Shown here piece after piece: positions 30,660-40,421 of a stretch of DNA of 64,000 nucleotides (its first letter is position 1; each line of letters starts with the position of its first letter). The DNA is from Candidatus Sulfomarinibacteraceae bacterium (lineage in GTDB: Bacteria > Acidobacteriota > Thermoanaerobaculia > Thermoanaerobaculales > Sulfomarinibacteraceae), in the NCBI GenBank assembly GCA_963796455.1, contig CAWCLO010000004.1, positions 704,001-768,000 of the forward strand, written 5' to 3'. Made by a program: the position numbers and the translations under genes. The notes below the pieces were generated by a model. The model had not been told where the DNA came from. It was given only the letters and a program-made list of their open reading frames with translations, and did not search any database.

Positions 30660-31649
30660 ATGAGAAATGCGCTCACGACCGCTGCCACTGTGTTTTCGAT
30701 TCTGGTGTCCTCTGTCGTTGTCGCCGGGCAGTCTCCCTGCCTGGCTCGGGGGCCCGTTCTCGGCCAGGGACCGGCCCCATCCCAACCCTCCATCTTTGCA
30801 CCGGGCATCGCTTCGACGGAACACCACGATGATTGGCCGCCGGTCTTCAGCCCGAACGGGCGCGAGATGATCTTGAGGATTCTGGGCAAGGTGGCCGGTG
30901 AGACCACCGGTGTTTTCTTCAGCAGCACCCAAGACGAAACGGGTTGTTGGTCGGAGCCTCGACCGCTCCCATTCTCGGGCACGACGATGGACGGCGCCAT
31001 CATTTATGCGGCGGATGGCGACACGCTCTATTTCACATCCAAGAGACTGATCGAGGGTGAAGACCGCGTCGAAAGCCCGAGATCGAGGATCTGGTTCAGC
31101 GATCGCAAGGAGACTGGCTGGAGTGATCCGATCATGCTCGACACCCCGATCAACAGGTTTCATATCAACGGTGGCATCTCCATGGCCGCTGACGGTACGA
31201 TCTTCGCGGCCATGGCGGCGCCAGGCGGGTTGGGGATGCACGATATCTACGTGGTGCCGTTGATCGACGGTCGTTACCCCGGCTTTTTTCCGATTCCGGG
31301 TCTGATCAACACCTCGGATCAGGAGGTGGCCCCGGCGATGGATCCGCAGCAGCGCTTTCTTCTCTACACGGTGCGTACCAAAGATGGAACGACCATCGTC
31401 GTCAGCACACCGGATGAAAACGGCCAGTGGTCGAAGGGTCGAGGAATAGGGATCCTCGACGGCACCGGTGCGAAATTCGGTTCCATCACGAGGGATGGCT
31501 CGACCATGTTCTACGTCAGTCACCGCCAATGCGACGAATGCAATCCCCCGGCGTTGTGGCACATCGATCTTTTCGACGGCCCCGCCCTCGATGCCAATGC
31601 GGATATCTATTGGCTGACCGCAGCCGGTATATTGACCACGATCCACTGA
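30660..31649 (+). CDS. Exported PD40/TolB-like beta-propeller protein
   Basis: Signal peptide; repeats 'PVFSPNGRE', 'AADGDTLYFTS', 'ITRDGSTMFYVS'. Confidence 0.75.
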   Translation: MRNALTTAATVFSILVSSVVVAGQSPCLARGPVLGQGPAPSQPSIFAPGIASTEHHDDWPPVFSPNGREMILRILGKVAGETTGVFFSSTQDETGCWSEPRPLPFSGTTMDGAIIYAADGDTLYFTSKRLIEGEDRVESPRSRIWFSDRKETGWSDPIMLDTPINRFHINGGISMAADGTIFAAMAAPGGLGMHDIYVVPLIDGRYPGFFPIPGLINTSDQEVAPAMDPQQRFLLYTVRTKDGTTIVVSTPDENGQWSKGRGIGILDGTGAKFGSITRDGSTMFYVSHRQCDECNPPALWHIDLFDGPALDANADIYWLTAAGILTTIH

Positions 31650-31704
31650 CCCTTGATTGTTAGATCGCAAGGTTGAACGGCGAGCTCGTGGCACAATAGC
31701 CTGC

Positions 31705-32949
31705 GTGAAGATACCCGCCTCCCGCGACGAAGCCATCGCCCTCGATGCCTCCGACCCGATCGGAGAGTTTCGAGGGTCTTTTCTTCTTCCGCCCGACGTG
31801 ATCTATCTCGATGGCAACTCCCTCGGACCACCGCCCCGGAAAACCATCGGTCGGGTCGAAGATGTTCTCGTACGGGAGTGGGGCGGCGAGCTCATTCGGA
31901 GCTGGAACTCTCACGCCTGGATCGATCTGCCGCAACGGGTAGCCGCCAAGATCGCGCCATTGATCGGCGCCGGGCCACACGAAATCGCGGTCGCGGATTC
32001 GACTTCGGTCAATATCTTCAAAGCGCTGAGCGCTGCCCTGAAACTCCGCCCCGGACGTCCGGTCATCCTCTCCGAACGGGAAAATTTCGGTACGGATCTC
32101 TATGTTGCCGATGGTCTGGCGAAGCTCCTCGGAGATCGTGCGACTCTGCGTTTGGTGGAAAGGTCGGCGCTCGGTTCAGCCCTCGATGACGATGTCGCAG
32201 TGCTGATGCTGACCCACGTTGATTTCCGAACCGGAATGATGCACGACATGCAGCGATGGACAGCCGCCGCGCACCAGGCGGGAGCTTTGATGTTGTGGGA
32301 TCTGGCCCATTCCGCCGGGGCGATGGAAATCGACCTCAGAACTCACATGGTCGATCTGGCGGTTGGTTGTGGCTACAAATACCTCAATGGAGGACCGGGC
32401 GCACCGGCCTTCGTTTTTGCCGCGGAACGCCATCACGACGACCTCGAGACACCCTTGTGGGGGTGGATGGGCCATGCCGCGCCCTTCGATTTCGACACCG
32501 GTTACGAACCTGCTCCAGGCATCGCACGGTGCCAGGTCGGGACACCGCCGATACTGTCGCTGGCGGCGCTGGAGTGCGGCGTCGAAAGCATTGCTGAGAT
32601 CGGGGTCGGCCGTCTGCGCAAAAAATCGATCGCGCTGAGCGAGATTTTTTTGACGCTCGTCGAACGGGAATGTGCGGGATCTGGTCTCGAGCTTGCCTCA
32701 CCCCGCGAGGCCGCGCGGCGGGGCAGCCAGGTTTCTTTTCGCCACGCCGAGGGTTATGCGATGGTGCAGGCGCTGATGGCGGCCGGAGTGATTGGCGACT
32801 ATCGCGCTCCCGATCTTCTCCGTTTCGGTTTCGCACCGGCCTACCTGCGCTTTGTCGATATCTGGGATGCGGTCGCGGCTTTGCGCTCGATTCTCGAGAA
32901 TCGGAGTTGGGAACGGCCCGAATACCGGACACGCGCCAGGGTGACCTGA
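31705..32949 (+). CDS. kynU: Kynureninase
   Basis: YLDGNSLG, DSTSVN, WDLAHSAGA, GCGYKYLNGGPGAP, RGSQVS. Confidence 0.95.
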   Translation: MKIPASRDEAIALDASDPIGEFRGSFLLPPDVIYLDGNSLGPPPRKTIGRVEDVLVREWGGELIRSWNSHAWIDLPQRVAAKIAPLIGAGPHEIAVADSTSVNIFKALSAALKLRPGRPVILSERENFGTDLYVADGLAKLLGDRATLRLVERSALGSALDDDVAVLMLTHVDFRTGMMHDMQRWTAAAHQAGALMLWDLAHSAGAMEIDLRTHMVDLAVGCGYKYLNGGPGAPAFVFAAERHHDDLETPLWGWMGHAAPFDFDTGYEPAPGIARCQVGTPPILSLAALECGVESIAEIGVGRLRKKSIALSEIFLTLVERECAGSGLELASPREAARRGSQVSFRHAEGYAMVQALMAAGVIGDYRAPDLLRFGFAPAYLRFVDIWDAVAALRSILENRSWERPEYRTRARVT

Positions 32950-32960
32950 AGGAGGAGTTC

Positions 32961-33851
32961 GTGTGGAGATCCTTGTTTTTGATCGCGTTGATCGTTACCG
33001 GTTGTGGTGAACCGATGAGCGACGAACCAGGTCTGATGACCGCGTCGGACGCGCTCGCCCTCCACCGGCCCGACCCCGATCACATCATCGCCTACGGCGA
33101 CGGCCCTTTGCAGTTCGGCGAGCTCAGGTTGCCCAATGGCGACGGGCCCTTCCCGGTCGTGATGGTGATCCACGGAGGGTGCTGGTTGGCCGAATACGAT
33201 TGCGGCCATATCTCGGCACTTGCCGAAGCACTGACCAACGACGGAGTGGCGACCTGGAGCGTTGAATACCGTCGGATCGGTGACGACGGGGGAGGGTGGC
33301 CAGGGACCTTCGCCGATGTGGGTCGGGCCGCCGATCATCTGCGTGAATTGGTTTTCGACTATGAGCTCGATCTCGACCGCTCGGTCGTTCTCGGTCATTC
33401 GGCGGGCGGCCACCTGGCGTTGTGGCTTGCTGGACGCAAGTGGCTGGAGGGCGACGACGAGTTGCGAGGTGAGGCGCCGCAGGCATTTAACGGCGTCATC
33501 GCCCTGGCGGGCATCTCCGATCTAGCGGCCTACGCCTCGCCGGAGGGTTGTGGATCCTCGGTCAAAGGACTTTTGGGTGGTTCTCCAGTCGCTTTCCCGG
33601 ATCGCATCAGCAGGAGCTCGCCGATCGAAATGGTGCCATTCGGCATCGAACAGATCCTGATTGTGGGTGAGCTCGATCCCATTGTGCCCCTCGAACAGGC
33701 GGAGCGATTTGCCGCCGCGGCCCTTCCGATGGGGGATGCGGTGGATATCCGGGTGGTGGCGGGAGCCGGCCATTTCGAGCTGATCGACCCTTCAGCCGAC
33801 GCCTTTGAGGTGGTCCGTACCGCCGTCTCCGACATTCTGGGCCGGAGGTAG
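32961..33851 (+). CDS. Alpha/beta hydrolase (HSL-like), possible lipoprotein
   Basis: HGGCW oxyanion motif, GHSAGG nucleophile, D and GHF triad residues; GGAGGAG RBS; VTGC lipobox. Confidence 0.85.
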   Translation: MWRSLFLIALIVTGCGEPMSDEPGLMTASDALALHRPDPDHIIAYGDGPLQFGELRLPNGDGPFPVVMVIHGGCWLAEYDCGHISALAEALTNDGVATWSVEYRRIGDDGGGWPGTFADVGRAADHLRELVFDYELDLDRSVVLGHSAGGHLALWLAGRKWLEGDDELRGEAPQAFNGVIALAGISDLAAYASPEGCGSSVKGLLGGSPVAFPDRISRSSPIEMVPFGIEQILIVGELDPIVPLEQAERFAAAALPMGDAVDIRVVAGAGHFELIDPSADAFEVVRTAVSDILGRR

Positions 33852-33871
33852 CGCGGTCTCGCCGCGGACGG

Positions 33872-34150
33872 TCAGTCCAACCCGACCGAAAAAACCCGAT
33901 CGAGGTCATGGCGGGAATAGGTGCGAAAGGCGATCAGGGTTTCCGAGGACAGTAGACCTTCGATCTGCAGCAACTTGTCGGTCACCAGTGAGGCGATCTG
34001 CTCGTCGTCGCGGGCACGAATGACCACGACGAGGTCGTATTGACCCGCCACCGAGTAGACCTCGGAGACGCCATCGAGCGCCGCCAACTCTTCCGCTACC
34101 CGGTTGATTTCTTTACTCTCGACGTTGAGCAGAACGATTGCGTTGACCAT
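33872..34150 (-). CDS. Stand-alone Lrp/AsnC ligand-binding domain protein
   Basis: 'GVSEVYSVAGQYDLVV..SSETLI' pattern, no HTH; GGAGG RBS. Confidence 0.88.
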   Translation of the reverse strand: MVNAIVLLNVESKEINRVAEELAALDGVSEVYSVAGQYDLVVVIRARDDEQIASLVTDKLLQIEGLLSSETLIAFRTYSRHDLDRVFSVGLD

Positions 34151-34236
34151 AATTCCTCCAAGCGGTATCGCGCACCCGGTGGGTCATCATACCGCGCTCG
34201 GTTTAGCCTATGATGATCAGCGCTGGAGGGACCACG

Positions 34237-36627
34237 ATGATGAGAATCAGCGGATTGGTGCTGGCAGTCATTCTTGCAGCGTTGCCGGCGCCCGCCGACG
34301 AAAAGGACGGGGTCAACCGCGGCGCTACCGAAACGAGCCCTTCCAGATCCGAATACTTCTCCTGGATCAACAACACCAACGAAGGTGCGACCGAGGGCCA
34401 GACCATCACCAATCTGAGCTTCTTTCGTTGGTTGCATGACGCCTTCGGGTTCAAGCTCGACATCTACGCCTTTGACGCCGGGGCTATCGATGGCAAAAGG
34501 TTCTACGGAACCGTCGGTTCGAAGCGATTCCTCAAGCAGTTCCCCAATGGTTTTCAATCGATCGCAGAATTCGCCGGCGAAACGGGAACCCGCCTCGGCG
34601 TCTGGGGTGGTCCGGATGGATTCGGTGACAGCCCAGCCGACGAAGCGGCGCGCATCGAGCAGATGGTGAGCCTCTGCAGAGACCTCGATTTTGCGCTCTT
34701 CAAGTTCGACGCCGTCTGCGGTCCGCTGCGGCCCGAAAAAGAAGACGCTTTCATCCGCATGATGACGGAGTGCCGCCGCCACAGCCCGGATCTCATTCTT
34801 CTCAACCACCGTCTCGGATTGGAGCGCGCCCAGTCCCAGGCGACGACCTTTCTCTGGGAGGGTCGTGAGACCTATATCGATGTGTTTTCCAGCAACCGGG
34901 TGACTGCCCCACATCATCGCGCGGATGCATTGAGTCGGGGTGTCGTGCCGGGTCTGAAGCGCTTGACCGAAGATCACGGCGTCTGTATCTCCTCGAGCCT
35001 CGATCGTTGGGACGACGATCTGATTCTTCAGGCCTTCAACCGATCGCTGATTCTGTCGCCACAGATCTATGGCAATCCCTGGCTGCTGCGTGACGACGAG
35101 TTTCCAAAGTTGGCCCGGATCTTCAATCTCCATCGCACCTATCGGAACCAGCTGATTCACGGAATGGTCCTTCCCGAGGAGGACTTCGGCCCGGCGGCGG
35201 TGTCGCGTGGAGATGGATCGACGAGGTTCGTCACCCTTCGTAATCTCACCTGGATGCCAGTCAGTTATGTGCTTCCCCTGGACGAATCCATCGGTCTCGA
35301 AACAAGGGGCCCGTTCACCGTGCGGCGATTTCATCCCGGCGAAAGAATCTATGGCCGCTTTCGCAGAGGTGAGTCGGTGACGGTCGAGGTGCCGCCCTTT
35401 CGTTCGTCTTTGGTGATGGTTTCGGCTTCCGGAGGGGGCGGCCCGGGGGTCTCGGGTGTGGATTTTGAAGTGATTCGCAGCATCCCTTCAAAGCCTCTCG
35501 AAATCCTCCTTGTCGGGTCGCCGGATGACGAAGTGCTGGTCAGGTTCGAGCCTGACGGACATCGGTTTTCCCAGGCCACGATCGATGGAGTACAGGCTCC
35601 GACTCTTTTGAGCGGGGCTGGGGTCCAGATACGTTTTCCCGGAATAGGCACCGGTGATTCGAAGCACCTTCGGCTCGCGGAATTGGAACAGGTCGAATTG
35701 CCCGAAGACGCCGAGGCCCTTTACGAGGCGACGATATTTGCGGCTGACAACGATGCTCTGGAAGTTCGATCGCTCCGCCGATCGGGGCCGACATTCATTC
35801 CGGAAGTGCAGGCCGCTCGAGATGCATTCTTCTCCCAGTCGGTCTTTTCAGAGCGCGGGATCTGGGACCGCAATCTCTTCGATGGTGATTTTGAGACCGG
35901 ATTCTGGCCGTCCAGAAAGTATTCGGTGGACCAGAAGGTCGAGGGAGGGTGTTTCCGTCTCGATCTCGGGGAGGTGCTTGAAGACGGCACCATCGTCCTC
36001 CATACACCGGACGAGTACTCGCTCCAACCGCTGCTTCGTGACGAGGCGAATTGGGTCGAGGTCTCCGCCGATCTTCGCGAATGGCGGCGACTGCGATACA
36101 TGGCGGGGCTGCAAATGACGATTACAATTGATGAACCGGTGCGGTTTCTGAGGTTCCCGGTCGCTGCCGACCGGCTGACCGAAATTGTCGGGGAGGTCGA
36201 CGGGCAGTCGATGGATCGGTCTCGTTGGCGGGCATCCAATCTTTTTGCCCACCCGTCGAAAATGAAGGCACTCGCGGCATGGCACGCCAGGATACGGGTT
36301 GACGAGGCCCCGCCCGGCGGCAAGCTGGCGGTGGCGATCGAAGGCATCCACGGGGTTGAAGGGGCCTATGCGGCCCTCAAAGTGGGGGATCGCTACGTCG
36401 GCGCGCCCGATCGGGCGGCGGCTTATCCTTCCAATACCTGGGAGTATGTCAACGCTCGCCGCGATCGCGGCTATACCTACTATTTCCCGATCACGGATGA
36501 TCTTTTAGGCCAGCCTCTCGACGTCTTTGTCCTGGCTTTCGACCCGGACAATGTGGAGCTCGCCCCTGTGGTCTGGCAAACTACCGATCCGGTCGCGGCC
36601 ACAGGCCTGACCCTGATACTCGAATGA
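34237..36627 (+). CDS. Large exported hypothetical protein, possibly glycoside-hydrolase-like
   Basis: About 800-aa ORF with RBS and signal peptide; N-terminal half has TIM-barrel-like 'YFSW..N', 'FDAG', 'FKFD' motifs; function uncertain. Confidence 0.6.
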   Translation: MMRISGLVLAVILAALPAPADEKDGVNRGATETSPSRSEYFSWINNTNEGATEGQTITNLSFFRWLHDAFGFKLDIYAFDAGAIDGKRFYGTVGSKRFLKQFPNGFQSIAEFAGETGTRLGVWGGPDGFGDSPADEAARIEQMVSLCRDLDFALFKFDAVCGPLRPEKEDAFIRMMTECRRHSPDLILLNHRLGLERAQSQATTFLWEGRETYIDVFSSNRVTAPHHRADALSRGVVPGLKRLTEDHGVCISSSLDRWDDDLILQAFNRSLILSPQIYGNPWLLRDDEFPKLARIFNLHRTYRNQLIHGMVLPEEDFGPAAVSRGDGSTRFVTLRNLTWMPVSYVLPLDESIGLETRGPFTVRRFHPGERIYGRFRRGESVTVEVPPFRSSLVMVSASGGGGPGVSGVDFEVIRSIPSKPLEILLVGSPDDEVLVRFEPDGHRFSQATIDGVQAPTLLSGAGVQIRFPGIGTGDSKHLRLAELEQVELPEDAEALYEATIFAADNDALEVRSLRRSGPTFIPEVQAARDAFFSQSVFSERGIWDRNLFDGDFETGFWPSRKYSVDQKVEGGCFRLDLGEVLEDGTIVLHTPDEYSLQPLLRDEANWVEVSADLREWRRLRYMAGLQMTITIDEPVRFLRFPVAADRLTEIVGEVDGQSMDRSRWRASNLFAHPSKMKALAAWHARIRVDEAPPGGKLAVAIEGIHGVEGAYAALKVGDRYVGAPDRAAAYPSNTWEYVNARRDRGYTYYFPITDDLLGQPLDVFVLAFDPDNVELAPVVWQTTDPVAATGLTLILE

Positions 36628-36657
36628 GATTCGGATTTCATGGAGAGACGGTTTTGA

Positions 36658-37857
36658 ATGGCTGAAATTCCATCACCAAATTCCTTCGCCGATCACTGGA
36701 TGCTCGACCAGACGGTTGTATTCCTCAATCACGGTTCTTTTGGTGCCGCTCCTCGGGTCGTATTGGAAGCTCAGAGCGAGCTGCGCAGACTGATGGAGAC
36801 CGAGCCGCTCCAGTTCTTCGATCATTTCTATCTTCCGGCTCTCGATCAGGCGCGCGACGAGTTGGCCGAATTCATCGGCGCGCAATCATCGGATCTGGCT
36901 CTGGTCGTCAACGCTACAACGGGCGTCAACACGGTCTTGCGAAGCCTCGATCTCGAGGCGGGCGACGAGCTGCTGGTGACCGATCAGGAGTACAACGCGT
37001 GTCGGAACGCGCTGAACGCTGTGGCGGCTGCCGCCGGTGCGAAGGTAGTGGTGGCGACGGTGCCTTTCCCGATCGCCTCCGAAGACGAGATCGTTGAGGC
37101 GGTCATCGATCGCATGGGGCCCCACACCCGGCTGGTCCTGGTGGATCATGTCACCAGCCAGACCGGGATGGTGCTGCCGATTCAGCGACTCGTGGACGAG
37201 GTCCAGGCAAGTGGTGCGGATGTTCTGGTCGATGGCGCGCACGCTCCGGGCATGGTTGAACTCGAACTCGATCGCCTCGGAGCGGCCTATTACACGGGCA
37301 ATTGCCACAAATGGCTGTGTGCGCCGAAGGGTGCGGCGTTTCTTCACGTTCGTGAGGATCGCCGCCGGAGTGTGCGCCCCCTGACCATTAGCCACGGTGC
37401 GAACGCGGCAGCCTCGCAACGATCTCGTTTTCATCTCGAACACGATTGGACGGGCACCCGCGATCCGAGCGCCTGGATGTGCATCCCAGCCGCAATTGCT
37501 GCGATGGAATCGATGGTCGAGGGGGGATGGAATTCGATTCGGCATCGCAACCGGCTGCTCGCAATCGAAGCCCGGAAGATTGTCTGCGAAATGCTTGGCG
37601 TCGAGATTCCGTGTCCGGAATCATTGATCGGGAGCCTCGCATCGATTCCTTTGCCGGATGGGGAGGGTGCTGCCGTCAATGAGTTGTTTCCGTTTGACGA
37701 GCTTCAGATTCGTCTCTTCGAAGAATTTCGAATCGAGATCCCGGTGATCGCGTGGCCCGCCCCTCCGAAGCGTCTGGTGCGGCTTTCTGCTCAGATCTAC
37801 AATCGACGCGAGCACTATGAATACCTTGGATCGGCCCTCGTGACGATGCTCCGTTGA
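36658..37857 (+). CDS. Class V PLP enzyme (isopenicillin-N-epimerase / C-S lyase-like)
   Basis: FLNHGSFGA, NATTGVN, VDGAHAPG, GNCHKWLCAPKG. Confidence 0.88.
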   Translation: MAEIPSPNSFADHWMLDQTVVFLNHGSFGAAPRVVLEAQSELRRLMETEPLQFFDHFYLPALDQARDELAEFIGAQSSDLALVVNATTGVNTVLRSLDLEAGDELLVTDQEYNACRNALNAVAAAAGAKVVVATVPFPIASEDEIVEAVIDRMGPHTRLVLVDHVTSQTGMVLPIQRLVDEVQASGADVLVDGAHAPGMVELELDRLGAAYYTGNCHKWLCAPKGAAFLHVREDRRRSVRPLTISHGANAAASQRSRFHLEHDWTGTRDPSAWMCIPAAIAAMESMVEGGWNSIRHRNRLLAIEARKIVCEMLGVEIPCPESLIGSLASIPLPDGEGAAVNELFPFDELQIRLFEEFRIEIPVIAWPAPPKRLVRLSAQIYNRREHYEYLGSALVTMLR

Positions 37858-37985
37858 GGGACCGGGCGGTTTTCAAAAAAATTCAGATCCCGGGAATCGT
37901 TCGATGGGTGTGACGGTTCCTTTCTGTGAGAGTTGCGATTGTGACTCGATCAGAACAACCATCAAATCAAACGAGGAGGAACGAG

Positions 37986-38684
37986 ATGCCGTTCGAATTG
38001 CCCAAGCTGCCTTATGACATCAACGCCCTGGAGCCCCACATCGATGCCAAGACGATGGGTATCCACCATGGAAAGCACCACCAGGCCTATGTGAACAATC
38101 TCAATGCGGCCCTTGAGGGACACCAAGATCTGCAGGCCAAGAGTGCTCTCGAGTTGGTCGCCGATCTGGATTCAGTTCCGGAGTCGATCCGTGGCGCCGT
38201 TCGCAACCACGGTGGCGGCCATGTCAACCACACCCTGTTCTGGACGGTCATGAGCCCCAATGGCGGTGGTGCACCCTCCGGCGGCTTGGCCGACAGTATC
38301 AACGAATCTTTTGGTTCTTTCGACGCCTTTAAGGCGGAGTTCTCCAAGGCCGCAGCGACAGTCTTCGGCAGCGGCTGGGCGTGGCTTTGCGTCGGCGGCG
38401 ACGGCAAGCTCTTCGTGACCAAGTCAGCGAACCAGGACAATCCGATATCCGACGGTTCGGGGATCCCGATCCTCGGTCTGGACGTCTGGGAGCACGCCTA
38501 TTACCTTGAATACCAGAATCGGCGACCGGACTACATCGAGGCCTGGTGGAACGTCGTGAACTGGAATCGCGTGGCGGGTTATTACACCACGATCAAGGTC
38601 GGCGAAAAGGTGCAGAGCGTCGCCGATTGGGCTGGTTCGCAATGGGACAAGTTCGAGGATGCGCTGCGCAAACTGACCGACTGA
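37986..38684 (+). CDS. sodA: Mn/Fe superoxide dismutase, probably Mn type, with C-terminal extension
   Basis: [44 protein letters not shown]. Confidence 0.92.
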   Translation: MPFELPKLPYDINALEPHIDAKTMGIHHGKHHQAYVNNLNAALEGHQDLQAKSALELVADLDSVPESIRGAVRNHGGGHVNHTLFWTVMSPNGGGAPSGGLADSINESFGSFDAFKAEFSKAAATVFGSGWAWLCVGGDGKLFVTKSANQDNPISDGSGIPILGLDVWEHAYYLEYQNRRPDYIEAWWNVVNWNRVAGYYTTIKVGEKVQSVADWAGSQWDKFEDALRKLTD

Positions 38685-38725
38685 CCACAAAAAAGACAAA
38701 TGGGCTTCGGCTCATTGCATTGGAT

Positions 38726-38755
38726 CGCCCCCTGTGCAAACGGGGGGCGTTTTTT
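38726..38755 (+). terminator. Intrinsic terminator after SOD
   Basis: CGCCCCCTGT-GCAA-ACGGGGGGCG followed by a T run. Confidence 0.88.
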
Positions 38756-38856
38756 ATGTTGACCGAATGATGAGCCGATATCCATGACGATTCGGCTTGA
38801 ACCAGGTATGATGTGCGGCGGAACGATGCAACAAAAAAGCTTTGGAGGAGGAGCGA

Positions 38857-39174
38857 ATGGAAAATATGGGTAAATGGGCCTTCATCGTCGGATTTGTGAT
38901 TTGTGTGGTCGCCGGTCTACTGCTTGTCCAACCCTGGATGTTCTGGGTGTTGGCCGTGCTCGGTCTGATTGTCGGTTTCATGAACATCACGGGTGAAGAG
39001 ACGAAAACCTTCCTGCTTGCCGCCATCGGCCTGATGTTGTCGGCCTCGTCGGTCATGGCCATCCCAGTCATCGGCGCCGCGGTGACGGATGTTGTGGCAA
39101 ATGTCGTCGCATTCATTTCGGCGGCCGTGCTGGTCGTGGCGCTGAAATCTCTGTTCGAGGTCGCCAAAGACTGA
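38857..39174 (+). CDS. Small hypothetical membrane protein (about 4 TM)
   Basis: Strong GGAGGAGGAG RBS, hydrophobic ORF, own downstream terminator. Confidence 0.8.
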   Translation: MENMGKWAFIVGFVICVVAGLLLVQPWMFWVLAVLGLIVGFMNITGEETKTFLLAAIGLMLSASSVMAIPVIGAAVTDVVANVVAFISAAVLVVALKSLFEVAKD

Positions 39175-39201
39175 CGCCCGTCCGCGATCGAACAAAGAAT
39201 C

Positions 39202-39251
39202 AAAAAAACGCCCCCGGATCGCCATGTGGCGAGCTGGGGGCTCTTTTTTTT
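39202..39251. terminator. Bidirectional intrinsic terminator
   Basis: A7, then GCCCCCGG..TCGCCA/TGGCGA..CTGGGGGC, then T8. Confidence 0.85.
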
Positions 39252-39265
39252 GACGGTTCCTTTTC

Positions 39266-39375
39266 TTAAAAGGTCCAGGTGGCGCCGATCATGTAGGAGT
39301 AGACCTCGTCGGCATCCTGGATCTCATATCCAACAATCTCCTTTCCGAGAGAACGATTGATTTGTTCATTGTACG
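39266..39375 (-). pseudogene. Possible 3' remnant of an outer-membrane beta-barrel gene
   Basis: Frame ends ...EVYSYMIGATWTF-stop just before a terminator; no credible start or signal peptide. Confidence 0.4.
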
Positions 39376-39434
39376 AATCGGCCGGAGAGGAGTTGCAGTT
39401 GAATCCCGCCACGAACGCCCGATATGATGCGCCG

Positions 39435-40421
39435 ATGATAACTGAAGACGCCATCGTCCAGGTCAGCCGGCGGATTGCTCCTCACATCGACCTGACGCCG
39501 TGTCAGCCATCCCCTTCACTCTCTGAGGCGACCGGTGGGCCGGTCTTCCTCAAGCTCGAAAACCGTCAGGTGAGTGGGTCATTCAAAATCCGCGGTGTGC
39601 TCAACAAGATCTTGTCGCTTCCGTCCGACGATGAAGCAAAGGCACTCGTGGCGGCGTCGACAGGAAACCACGGAGCGGCCTTCGTTCATGCGGTCGAGCG
39701 GTTTGGCCGTGAGGGCATGCTTTTCATGCCGAAAACCGCCACCGGTGTCAAGGTGGATCCGCTGCGCAAATCAGGCATCCCCCTCGTGATGTCGGGTGAC
39801 GATTGTGTGGACGCCGAAATGGCGGCCGCGGCCCACGCGCGCAGCACCGGCGCGGTGTGGATCTCACCGTACAACGACCCCGATGTGGTCGCCGGTCAGG
39901 GAACCATCGGCGTCGAGCTCATGGAGCAGATGGAGACGATCGACGCGGTCATCGTCCCGGTGGGTGGTGGCGGACTGATATCGGGTATCGCCGCTTATCT
40001 GAAGGCCGTCAATCCGTCGATCACAGTGATTGCCTGCCAGCCTCTGAATTCGTGTGTGATGTGCCGATCGGTGGAGGCGGGCCGGGTTGTCGAGATGACG
40101 AGCCTGCCGACCCTCTCCGATGCAACTGCGGGCGGCATCGAAGCCGGGTCGATGACATTCGATTTTTGCCGTGATCTGGTCGACGATTTCGTCCTGCTCA
40201 CCGAGTCCGAAATTCTCACCGCGATCTTTCATCTTCGCGACAGGGAGAATGAGATCGTCGAGGGCGGCGCCGCGATGCCTGTGGCGGCGGTATTGCGCGA
40301 GCCGGAACGGTATTTCGGTCAGCGGGTGGCGCTCGTGATCAGCGGCGGGCGGATCGATCCTGAAGTGTTCGACCGCATTGATGACACACACCCGCACGCG
40401 TCGAACGAGGAGCAATCATGA
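39435..40421 (+). CDS. PLP-dependent serine/threonine dehydratase family protein (no regulatory domain)
   Basis: LKLENRQVSGSFKIRG, ASTGNHG, PVGGGGL, ISGG. Confidence 0.9.
   Translation: MITEDAIVQVSRRIAPHIDLTPCQPSPSLSEATGGPVFLKLENRQVSGSFKIRGVLNKILSLPSDDEAKALVAASTGNHGAAFVHAVERFGREGMLFMPKTATGVKVDPLRKSGIPLVMSGDDCVDAEMAAAAHARSTGAVWISPYNDPDVVAGQGTIGVELMEQMETIDAVIVPVGGGGLISGIAAYLKAVNPSITVIACQPLNSCVMCRSVEAGRVVEMTSLPTLSDATAGGIEAGSMTFDFCRDLVDDFVLLTESEILTAIFHLRDRENEIVEGGAAMPVAAVLREPERYFGQRVALVISGGRIDPEVFDRIDDTHPHASNEEQS

Noticed and set aside
31689..31704. TGGCACAATAGCCTGC as a sigma54 promoter for kynU
   Set aside because: GG to GC spacing is 11 rather than 10, and it abuts the start codon; a -10-like CACAAT is the simpler reading
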